Below are positions 40,101-51,549 of a stretch of DNA of 64,000 nucleotides, piece after piece. The notes beneath the pieces are model-generated. The model did not search any database and was not told the origin of the DNA. It saw only the letters and a program-made list of their open reading frames with translations. Both the position numbers and the translations under genes were made by a program. Source of the stretch: Ptychomitrium polyphyllum (Eukaryota); assembly GCA_973851085.1 (NCBI GenBank), contig OZ316775.1:11780001-11844000 (forward strand). The letters are read 5' to 3'. Within the stretch, counting starts at the first letter, position 1. Every line of letters starts with the position of its first letter.

Positions 40101-43048
40101 GATGGAAGTTGACCCTACATTACAGTACAATGATCAAATATCTGTTGAAGTACTGAGTACCATTCCCATTAGCTATTAACAGACTAGAAACTACCTTAAG
40201 CATCAAGCTCTCGTCAATGGTTATTTAGGTCTAGGGTTGATGAATGGTGATAATTAATTTAGATTAAGTGTAAATGGGATCATGAAGTGGTGGTAATGAA
40301 AAGGAAGAAAATTCTACATTGGTTTTGGATGGAAATATATAGTGGATGTTGGCTTGGAGGATCATGAATATTGAATGGTTTTTAGAAGATTGTACATTCA
40401 TTAAGTGGTGGTTACAAGTATTTGTTTGAATTGATGATTTAGTATTTTTTTTGTAATTTTTAGCTATTTGCAAGGAAGTTCTTTGAAGATTCACAATCAA
40501 CTTGAATTTTATCAAAATATGAATTTTATCAAAATATGTATTTTCAATTGCATTGGACTTTAAACTTGATTTTATATTCATCAACAGAACAAGACTATTG
40601 TTTCCAAAACAAAAAATTCTTTTTTGCCTTGGTAATGGTTTGTTTTACTTTATATTGAAGTACAATAAATTTTAATTACCATACTTCCATGTAAAAAATG
40701 GCATTTATTTTATGCCAAACCAGATTACATCCAAAGAAAGAAATGAGTGCCTTTTATAAATTAACAACCATATGAAATCCTTCATCATTTGAGATAGCAC
40801 ACCTTTCAATGTGGAAATATTCATATCTATGATTATAAAACAGCCCAACTTGGTTATTGTTAGTAAATTACAAATGTTTTTTTTATTCATATTTGCAATA
40901 GAAACAAAATTTCGGCACATTTTCAAACATGTTATTTGGAAACTATATGAACAAGTGATAAATTTTCAAAATTAAGAATCTTGAGGTTTGGCACCTACAT
41001 TGGAGAGTGACTTCTCTACTAGGCTTTGCTAAAGAATGTTATCCCCTTGATAAGCTGGCACCATTTTGCTGAGAGGCTTCTGAATATATCCAACTAATGA
41101 TTCATTTGTGTCTACAGATAATGGCAATGAGTACCTCTATCCAGGCTTCTGAATCAGCTTCTATTAGGGCAAGAAAGAAGACTGAAGTATTGGCTGAATA
41201 ACATCTTCAAGCACACATTCTGCGTGATTTGTGTGTCCAAGACGCCAAGCCCAGTTTTGTTTCAATTTGAGAACAGCACAATTTCACATACAAAGGAATT
41301 GGAAACCTCATTGATGAACAAATCAAAGAATTGTATTCAACCTTGGACTTTTAAAACTTATAAGAATTTATCACATGGATGTTAAGATTATGAAAGGGCA
41401 AACAATAGCATTTTCTTTGTTTCTTTGTATTTTCTTTTCTTTTGAATTGTTTATTTTGGATCCTTTGAGGCTTGGATGCTCCAAATACTGATGCATTTGT
41501 ACTTGTTCAGGAACTTGTTTGCAGTAACAAAACATGCCTAACAATCCAAATTCGCCTAGTGTATCCCTTAGTAGTGGTAATAAAGCTTACTGCTTGCTTA
41601 TTCATTTTTCTAAAAATATGCCTGCAATAGTGGCACACACCAACATATCAAGAGGTAGAGTCTCTTGTCTGTAGCTGCAAATAAAGCTGCTGGCAGTTTT
41701 CATATCAGGGCATTAAATCTCCCACTTTAAGTCATCATAGTGCAGTATTTGTGTCACAAGTTGTTGATGAGGTAGTTTCATTAAATTGCCAACTTTTCAG
41801 TCATATCCTCTTTTTTCATTTCTATCAATGGGAGTTGAATGCCACTCCATCTAAACTTAACCTTTTTGACTTTCTGTAGCTACTGTTGGAAAGTCCACTT
41901 CGCCATCTGGGATTCAAGGATATGGTAGGTACACTTTGCACCAATGAAACCAAATCCAACCCAAATATTATAACATAGCTCACCTTATACAGTAATTTAC
42001 CATCAAGCCAAATTCAGATGATGGTCTGCTAAAAGCATTTTGGTGATGTGGATATGTGTGTACTGTAAGTTTTCCTATTTTGTGTTAATTTATGAACACT
42101 TCCAAATGGACCCAGCATGCTGCACACTGACATCAGACTTACAAATGTCCCATCATGTAAAAAGATTAACTTGAACCTTCATCAATTGTAGCCTCCTTGC
42201 TGCACTTTTTTGCTGCAGATGCCGGTTACTTGTTATTACTTATTCCTACTCACTGATATTTCATTCACGCTCTAAGTTTAACACCGACTTCAGATATTTC
42301 AACTGGTGCAGTCATCACTTATCCCTCATCACTGTCAGTCTGCACTGGGCAACTCACACCAAGAGAAAATCAAGTTGAGTTGAGTTAGAGACAATTTGAG
42401 AGGTTCTGGTCTGATGAAACCAGCAGTTGCTAAGTTAGTTCTATTAACTTGATTATATCTTTATAATTGGCTCCTTTCTTGTTGGAAGTCCTCAACTCAG
42501 CATTGTATATGTCTTGATTGGCAAATAGGTGAAGCTCATGAGTTGAGAGTAAAGCTACAGAATCTACAAAATTCCTCAGATAGGGCCGGCCAGTTCTTGA
42601 CTTTTTCTTTGCAATGAATATCCTGCAAACTTGTCAACTATTTGGATTGCCCCTTAAAACCAGAAGCTTCCGTGCAATCTTGCCATACTCCAAATCTTGG
42701 ATAATTATTCAATCCAAAAGATACGGGTAGCTCATCTGATATTCTCAACAACACCACTACAACTTTCCCAACAGCTGTGGGGAAAAAAAAATGTTTAGTT
42801 GAGTCATTGGATTCTGCATGTAGCATCCCGTAAAAATCACTCTATGATCTATCAATAGAGAGACTACATATTCAGTGGAATACAATGTATGTAAAGTATT
42901 ATAATTCCATCATTCGTAGTCACAGGTCCACTCTCAAAACCCTGTTCTATTAAAGGTTGGGAGTACTACTGCCCATGTCACTAAAGTCATGTCTTCATTC
43001 ATTGCTACATACCCTTGATATAACTTCTTGAAAGCATATGTATAAAAT

Positions 43049-43053
<5 letters not shown>

Positions 43054-43098
<45 letters not shown>
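43054..43098. repeat. (TA)n microsatellite
   Basis: Uninterrupted TA run. Confidence 0.9.
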
Positions 43099-43106
<8 letters not shown>

Positions 43107-45159
43107 TAAGACATAAAAGAATATGTGAAGCATACAAAATATTATTGTGCAATATACTTCAATATAATGTGGATGAAATATAATAAAAACATTTTATTCA
43201 AATTGAGAGAAAACGAGTTGAGATAGTACCTAAGATTCTTTCCAAGGTATAGAAACCAAAAATTAATGTCATACAAAGCACATTTATCCAAAAAACAAGC
43301 CACATTGTTCTTAATTAAGTTGTGTAGCATCATGTAATATATGAAATCCATATTGAAATGCTAAATTCAAAATGCAATGTTGAGCAAAGGGTGTTTAGTC
43401 TAAAGTGATCCCAACATCCAAGATAGAATTCAATATGACTTTGAGCTTATGACAACTTATACAAATCAAAATATTTTTGCAAGACTATTTTATCAAGTTC
43501 AAAATTCTTACAACACACTTTAATACAACACATTAGTTCCCATGTATGTGGATGTATTTTGTCAAATTTTAATGATATTTCAAATTAAAAAACTACATTT
43601 CATTTCTTTTCTGCTTGAAACCATGCATGAACTTGTTTAGATCTTTAAAGCCAAATTTGAAAATTTAAAGGTGATGAAATAAAAATGAGCGAGGCTATAA
43701 TCATTAATTTGGAAACTTTAGTTTAAACATGATGAATCGTATGTAGTAAGTAGAAGTTAATCATGATACAAAAAAAATCAACAATAGCCTCTTCCAGGGT
43801 AGCCTTCGTGTGGTGCACTGCAGGAAATGCTCTCACTTCGCTGGCACGAAGGAAAAAGAAATCGCAAGGAGAAAAAGAAACGCAGAAGAAAAGGAGAAAA
43901 GCAGAAAAGGGAAATGAGCACGCGGAAGAAGAAAAGCGTGGAAACGGTAAAGAAGAAGCCCCGCGGACAGACTGAGATTTCAGAGGGATAGGCCGTGGCC
44001 GTCAAGGTTTGAAGACAAACCTGGACGGGCGTCGTCGCGGGCGTCATCTCTGGCACCGCGGCGTCACGGACATAGAATTCGGGCAGCAGCCCCTGCAGAT
44101 GAGGCATGCGTAGGCAGGGAGTGCCGGCAGGGCGGGCCAAGCAGCGAGCGCATGGCCACTGTAGGGTTGAGTTATCGGGATGGTGTTCGGAGAAGGCGCG
44201 AGTGGCCTACATAAAGACTCAAACCCCCTCGGCCATCATTCGTGCTGGCAGCCTGCAGGTGTGCCCGAGGGGAGCCTTCCAGTGTAGCAGGCGTGGCTAC
44301 AATAACAGACTTGGCATTGCAAGTCATCGCAGCACCAGCAGCAGCTCCGCTCTCTTGCAGGCCACTCTCTTGGCACACACACAGGGGATGACTTAGGTTC
44401 ACTTAGCGTTCTCACGCAATTGGTCAATTGCCGGCGATGTTTGTTGCATTCTTTCGTTGCTCGCAGTTGTTGTTAGTGTGACTCGGGGTTTGGCGTTTGC
44501 TTCCTGGCGGAGGATCTTCTTCTGAGCGGAATTTGAGACGGTTCTGTGTCTTTCCTCGGACGGGAGCTCGGTGGTGGAGTAGAAGCGGGAGTGAACTTCG
44601 AGTTAGGAGTTGTGCCGAGTGTTGGTTTTTTTCCTTGCAGTTACAGTGGACGGGAGAGATTTGTTAGTGTGGAGACGGGAGAGGTTGTTCTTGGCGGAGT
44701 TGGCAGCGACAGGAGGTTTGGACGTTCCTGCGAAAGGTATCGTGGCGGACAGGGGCGTGGTTTCCAGGAGCGTTCGGCTTCTTTTCCTGTCTTAGTTCGT
44801 TTTGAGGTGTTACACTCTTGGTTTTCTTACCGAAAGGAAGGTTCTTAGTGCAGTCTGCGATTGTAAGAACACCGTTTCTACTGCAGTCTACTTCGAGGAC
44901 TTTGACGCGACTTCGAAATTTGTGGACGTTGGAGAATCTTTTTTCTTTTTTAAGGCGAATTTTTGGTTACGAGTAATGTCGGTTGTGGAGGTGCGTAGAG
45001 GAAGGGTAGGATGAGGCCGGCTGCAGAGCTGCGCATTTCTATTATGTGTGGTTGCACCCTTCGACGCCCTTCTACAGGCCTTTGCTCCCCCTTCACCGTG
45101 TTTTTAACGCCATAGGATCTTGGTCGGCTCCAACTGTTACTCGAATTATTGGTGTTGAG

Positions 45160-47795
45160 ATGCTTCTCCTGGATATGGCTCAGTGCAAATCCTACAAGGA
45201 GTCTCTTAAGGTCTTGGAGGCCGACATCCAGCATGCCAATACTCTGTAAGCATCATTCTTTTTACTTTACTTTACTCTTACAGGTATTCTTCTTCAACAG
45301 TTTTGTAAAGATTCTGCAACAGCGCAGTGCAGTGATTATTCATTGATTGCTGATTTAAGGTTTTAAAAAAATTCTTCGCAATTCCCTTTTACATGTAAAG
45401 CTGCAAATGTAGTCTTTTCATCGACTGCAGCACTTTGGACGTGAAGAGCTGTCTCGATTTGACTCTAGCACAACTGCTTCTCTTGAATCAACAATCGACT
45501 GATCAGTATGCAGTGTGTTGGGAACGAGTTTTGCGGTGTCTCCCTGCAAGGGTGGCAACACAAGTTTCTCTTTGCGGTAGATGGGCAGGGTTGTGCTTGT
45601 CGTTTTATAGTTCTCAGTAGTACGATGGCAGTACGAATTCTGCCAGTTCAAAAAAACGGGTGGTTATGTAGGGAGGTTCTGAGGGAAGACAGTTGACTTC
45701 TGAAACGAGGATGGTACATCGTTGTTCTTGTATTAACTCATTTCGGTTATTTTCCTTTGAACGGGCTAGCTTGTGTCCAGAAGGATCGCCCTTTTTCTAA
45801 AAATCTCAATTTGAACGGAGGTCAAAATAACCTACATGATCATCCTGCGGGACGCTAGATTCTTCAAACACTTGTACACTGAGAATCTCAGAAGTCCCAA
45901 ATACACGCTTTGGGGTTTAGCGTTCCTCAGCCAATTCCTTGTCTGCGACCTCTAACTCGAGTATTTGTTGATCATTTTGGAGCAGGGCATCAGAGGTTCC
46001 ACGGGATTATGACGGGGCGTGCCTACAGATGCGGTTATCTTACAGTCCGGTAGCACACTTGTTTTTGTTTCTGGTACAATGGACGGATTGCAGTTTGGCT
46101 GGTGCATTGGGGCTTCTTCGCATCCTTATCTACAAGGTAATGCCTCTTTACAGTTCATCAGTAATTGATTTGTTATTTGAGCGTGAACGCTGTGGCTATG
46201 TAGTATTGACTTCTCTTGCGTGCAAATGAACATGAAGGCCGAATTGAGCTTGGAAGAGCCAATTGTGGCCAGTTTACAGGATGTTTAAGGCGATCAGAAT
46301 GCAGGGAGTCGTTATTGTGGTGCTGGCTAGACTTAAAACTATCTCTTTCCAGTTGAGACTGGATACGAACTAACACAGTGTTTCCTTATTACATCTGACG
46401 GTTGTAGTTGTTCCTCTCTTCAGTTTTTCGTTGAATGAAATGAAGTTGCAAGGATTCCGAGCGAGTTAAAACGCTAATACGTTTTCGACCCCTTAAGTCC
46501 TGCAGTTGTCTTGAAAATCTGACCTAACCTGACGACCTATTCAGAAAATGTTGGAAAAACAGTATAAATCCTAATACTCTAAAGTATATCCGAGTCCTTC
46601 GACAGTCCGATTAGAGTAAAAAATGTCATAACAGTTTTATTTAATCTTGCAGTTTCGACGTTGGAGAGCTTTGGTATTATTACATTGTATTGATAATATA
46701 TGTCAATTGTTGCAGGTGTACTTGGATGGAACTACTACCATGTCTACTCAAGAAAGAAAAGCTAGCCTTGGCGAATTTTATGGTGGGATTTCTTCTAGTA
46801 ACTTTGCTTGTAACATCCTTTTCATCATCGAATGCATAACAGATTGCACAATCGCACAAACTTTATCTCTTATAACTACATTCGTGTTTATTCACTAAAT
46901 TTTTACTGAGTTTCGGAAGAGATTCCTGAGTATACTCTGAACCTGGTTCGCCAAACCTGATGTGCACGTCTTATTGGCAGGGCACATATACCCCTCTTTA
47001 CAGCAACTGCAGGCTGGGATGACTGGGGTGGAAGACCTCAAGCAAAAGGCCAAATACCAAGAGCGGTATAAGAAACGCGATGAGGAATGCAGTCATATGT
47101 CAGAGTTTGACATGGAACGTGAGATTGAGTGTGGTATCTGCATGGAGAGAAACCCGAAGATTGCTCTTCCAGATTGCAACCACATGATGTGTCTCACGTG
47201 CTACCGTGATTGGTGAGCATCGTGTCTCCAAGCACGTTGTCGACAATGTGTCGGTCCATATAGTAGTTTTACAGTGTACACTTGATGCTACAATAATTTT
47301 CTGCAAATACTTCAATCCGAGGAATTTTTTGTCTGTATGTTCAAATTCCGTGATCAGCTGCTGGTATCGTACCATTTCAGATGTATGTACTGAAAAGGAA
47401 GGCATTTTTTTCTTGTAACAATGAATTCCTTTGGTTTGATGATCTGTCTTTAGGTTTCAAGTTTAAATCAAGACTTGGATATGCTTTTTTGAGTTTTGGC
47501 TGTTGTCATTTCCCACAATTTTATGCATCTCCATAACGAAGTGCTGACTCGCGCTAGTGTTTGATTTTGATGCAGGCGTGTGAGATCACAATCATGCCCC
47601 TACTGTCGAGATAGTCTACGGCGTGTCAACTCGTGCGACTTGTGGATTTTCACCGACTCGGCTGACATTGAAGATGTAGATAAAATAACCCGGGACAACC
47701 TTCAACGTCTTTTTCTGTACATTGATAAGCTGCCACTCTTAATCTCAGAGAGTGTGTTTGCTCTTTATGATGCGTACGAGACGCATCTCAAGTGA
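45160..47795 (+). CDS. C3HC4 RING E3 ubiquitin ligase, AIRP2-like; exons 45160-45245, 45986-46136, 46716-46782, 46981-47212, 47576-47795 (alternative ATG at 45175)
   Basis: SYKESLKVLEADIQHANTLA, LQMRLSYSPVAHLFLFLVQWTDC, RING CGICMERNPKIALPDCNHMMCLTCYRDWRVRSQSCPYCR and LQRLFLYIDKLPL. All junctions are GT-AG and in phase. Confidence 0.93.
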
Positions 47796-49742
47796 CCATT
47801 TTGAACGCTAATTTCTGCCTGCCACAGTTCAACTCTTCATGGCCGGGTTATTGCAATTGCGACATCTCTGCCCTCGATCGCCATCTGTATCATTCTTTCC
47901 TCCCATAGCCATGCTGCTATTTGTGCAAATCAATCAAATTATCAGGTGTAGGCTTTATAGTGCAGAAGCGCTCAGGAATCAAATTTGTTCCGTCTACACC
48001 GACCACCAGGCTCGCATCACAGATAGTGGTGCAGGAACAAAAACACTGTAAATGACCATGTTTTTGAGTCTGTCAATATCAACGATGATTAATTCGTCTT
48101 CTTTATTGTACTTTCTGCGTTGGTCCTTTCTTTCGGCACTTGGAGTGGCCATACCTGTTCTTTCTGTCAGCAACACCTTCATGAGCTTTTCCCTTTCTTG
48201 AATGTACTCTGCAAAGTTCTGAGGTAATCTGTCATGTACTTGCATTTGCATAATTACGTAAAACATGGTTTTGAAGGCAGATTAAAATTTGCACTTACAC
48301 TTTTACAATTTTTTCACAATGTAGTCGTCAGAATTATAGAACCTCGCTTACTAAACGTCACTAAGCGACAAATAACAAAATTTAGTATTTCTATGAATTT
48401 TTTCAGGAATTTAGTAGATTCTTAAAAAAATATGCATTGCTCAGTCCTCTAGCTTTTAAAACCTTTTCAAAGATGGAAATTTTCCTAGTATTGTGCACTG
48501 AGCACTTTATTCTTATTTACATCTTTGTAGAATTTATTTAATAGGAAAGAGTGCTGAGCATTTGACTTTTGAATATAAGATTAGAAATATTAGTAGGTAT
48601 ATTCTAGAGTAGAAAAGATAATTGTGAATGGGAAATGTAAGGTACACAACTTGAAAGATTCTCAACCAAACATGAATCCAGTAATTGGCAATACCTTAAC
48701 TTCAGCATTAACTGGTTTCACAATGCCCTAAGTTTAATTTGGTTCAATTTTTTATATATGAACAGTTTTGTTTAATTTGGTTTTGTGATATTTAATGAAT
48801 TATTTTGTACGATATAAATTGAAATGGCTTTTAAAAAAAATTACCTTTGTTGAATATATTGGGATAAAAATTAAATTAAAAAAAGAGAGTTAGCCTTGTC
48901 TTTTTCAATTTTGCAACACTAAGTACTATTTGGCCTAGACTTATTAGGCAATAACTTACCCATAAACTACTGTAATCTTGTTGCACTAAAAGGAGCATCC
49001 TAGAATGAAGAGGACAATGACAACCAAAGTGGCAGGGATGTGGAAGTGGATAGGTTTGACGCATCTATTTCACCAACTTGGCCAAAGAAACATTCATGGC
49101 TCCGCATCGACGTGCACTCACTTTCACATCACTATCAGAATTCGTCGTCTCCCAACTACCATCTTGAGTTTGAAACCATGGAAACAGTACAGCGAATAGT
49201 GAACACTCTGTTTTCATCCAGGTTCATATCGTGAGAATATGTGGCCAACTAAGGGAGTATAAGTCTCCATTTAGATCAAAATGAATACGTGCGTAAGGTA
49301 GTGTTCATTTTGATGTGAAGGGAGCGTTATGTTTCTTTTGCTGTAGTCATGGTTAACTTATACTCAGATTTTCTGAATACATTAAGATGCCGTTCCCTTT
49401 CAGGAGATGTACTCCAAGCACAACTCTGGTAATTTCAGTTTATATAGCCAAACGACCTTTCGCATGTTCCAAAGTAACGAAAAGTTTCATTCAATGCACT
49501 CGATACCGTGTGATTATCAACTGCTGTGAATAAAACGCACTGTTATCCTGAGCATTCACTTGTGAATTTAGTACCTATCATAGGTAAGTGGGTGTGTTCA
49601 CCGGAAAGTTAAAACCAAATCTTTGAGCTTTCAATCCGTGAATGTCGAGTTCACGGATTGAGAGCTGTCAGTTCATAGTGCAAAAATAATAGTCAACCAC
49701 CTTTCAATCCAGCTGTTGGCGCATAAACGGACGTTTAGGGGC

Positions 49743-49815
49743 ACCTCAGTCGAAAGACAGTGATTATTGCACATCACAGAATTCAGATGTTTTCGGATCT
49801 ACTATTATCACTGGT
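49743..49815 (-). ncRNA. U51: Box C/D snoRNA, U51 (SNORD51/snR39-59 site) orthologue
   Basis: Minus strand: acc-a-GUGAUAA(C)...CUGA(D')...GUGAUGU(C')...UCACUGUCUUUCG-a-CUGA(D)-ggu. The guide pairs over 13 bp (2 G:U) with conserved LSU rRNA CGAAAGAUGGUGA, recalled from memory. The D+5 rule hits the second A, the equivalent of yeast Am807. Confidence 0.85.
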
Positions 49816-49861
49816 TCTCTTAAGCTACAATCGCAAGATCAAAAATTAATTCCACGATATT

Positions 49862-49947
49862 AGAATCAGAAAAGTAAAGAGTCAATCCTCATGGAGCATT
49901 TTATGCTCACATAGGACTGGGGCGACAATTCTTCCTCATCATTTTCT
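49862..49947 (-). ncRNA. U31: Box C/D snoRNA, U31 (SNORD31/snR67 site) orthologue
   Basis: Minus strand: agaa-a-AUGAUGA(C)...UGUCGCCCCAG-u-CCUA(D' variant)...gagcau/augcuc hairpin...AUGAGGA(C')...CUGA(D)-uucu terminal stem. The guide is complementary to the LSU P-loop CUGGGGCGGCA; D'+5 hits the second G (yeast Gm2619 / E. coli Gm2251 equivalent). Confidence 0.87.
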
Positions 49948-50381
49948 CCTCGTGGATGTGTTTAGACAATAACACGAAGTTAAACATCAGTTTACAATTA
50001 AACGTCATCGAAATGCAACGGCATATTGAAGCGGTTCTCCTGGTCAAACAAGGTCCTAATACCACCTGCAACTGCAAACCTCAGACACCCAACCCACGTC
50101 GCGCCTGACCAGGAACCCAATATGAGTATCTTTTACAAGGCGCTGCATCATTAGAAGCACTAGACTTATTCAACAGCACTGAAGACCTTCAACAAGGTAT
50201 TCGCTATACAGACCAAACATACCAATCCCGACGCCAAACTCGGAAAGAGTTTTCGTACATCTTGCAAAAAGCAGGACTACACCACCAGACCCAAAGATAT
50301 CTCTAAAGGAGGACGAGTTCTGAATTTATAAGAACAAGTGAGCGCCTCAAACCTCCAAGCCCTAAAAATGAGTACCAAGCA

Positions 50382-50389
50382 AAACCCTA
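50382..50389 (-). promoter_or_regulatory. Telo-box upstream of the snoRNA cluster
   Basis: AAACCCTA on + (TAGGGTTT on the snoRNA sense strand), the same relative orientation as in the NOM1 and uL4 leaders. Confidence 0.5.
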
Positions 50390-51549
50390 AAAAAGATTAC
50401 AAAGCGAAACCTTAGGGTTCAATCACATCCACAGAAGGGCAATCATTAATTCCATCTACTGGCAGAGAATCATCCATTCAGTGGAACCTTGCCCGTCAGC
50501 ATTCGATGGCGCAAGTGGATGAGATTCAGATGGATTCATCTCGGATAATGAGAAGTGTAGTATGAGATATGAAAATTTGAACTTGACGGTGGTGCAGTAG
50601 CTGGTAAAAATGTGTCATCCGACGTGGATAGATAAAATAGAAGAGACACGCCATACTGCGACTATATTACCTTCTCATCGGGGATGTATCATCCATAAGT
50701 TAGGATCAGATTAAGGAAAGCATACTCAAAACCGTCACTCTGTACAACAGCTTCACTTTCGAAGCCTTTCGAAATTTCAGAGTATCAAGTGTATGCTTCT
50801 AGTAGATGTCGGTTTTAGGTGCAGTGTCGCTTTTGGAGTTGAGCACCTTTAAGGAACGTAAAGAGCGCATGGGGAATTTCATCTTCATCGATGGGCGTGG
50901 GATTGGCGACCACACACTCAAGGAAGCGCTTGGGAGTGTATGAAGAATTTATAAATCTTTGTTTATCGAAAAGAAAATGTAATGCGTTGTTCGATCAACT
51001 AAGAACTCTATGATCGAGTGACGGACGCGGAGAGTGTTATCAGGAATTTGACGCTTTGTCTTTCGAAGCTGAGGCGTGGAGTGATTGGATAGGGAGGGCG
51101 TGTTTCTGTCACCAAGCTGGCTGCAAGCAAGGCGGAGTGTAGTGCAGTGTAATGTAATGTAGTATATCAAGGGTTGGTAGTACTGTGGTCAGGAAACTGA
51201 AGAGAATTCCGAATGAGAGATTATCGTTGCCGTGCACTGCGTGTGGTCGTGGTAGCGCCACAGGATATCGTTGATATGCCACAAGCGGTCAAGCGGGAGC
51301 TTAAGGTTCATAGTAACTGATTAAGAGGTTTACCATTTTGATGTCGGCGACTGTGAAGGAGTTGCGAAGGTTTCTTCGTAGCGGTGGAACAGCTTGCAGA
51401 GTGGTAGAGGGAAGAACGAGTTTCTGATGAGCTGAAGAAGTTTGAAGAGCATTGCTTCTTGAACGTTTTAGTCTATTTTTGAAGAGGTTTGAGGTAGCAG
51501 GAAAGTGGAGTTGCGGATTTTTGACGAGGCTAAGCGAGGGAGGTATTGA

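Noticed and set aside
43763..44848. Cluster of overlapping ORFs upstream of the RING gene
   Set aside because: GC- and GA-rich promoter and leader sequence with no protein family signal.
49360..49520. Short 18S-like words (TCTGAATACATTA, TCTGGTAATT, GTTTCATTCAA) as further snoRNA guides
   Set aside because: Not positioned correctly relative to a D box and no convincing C box; left uncalled.
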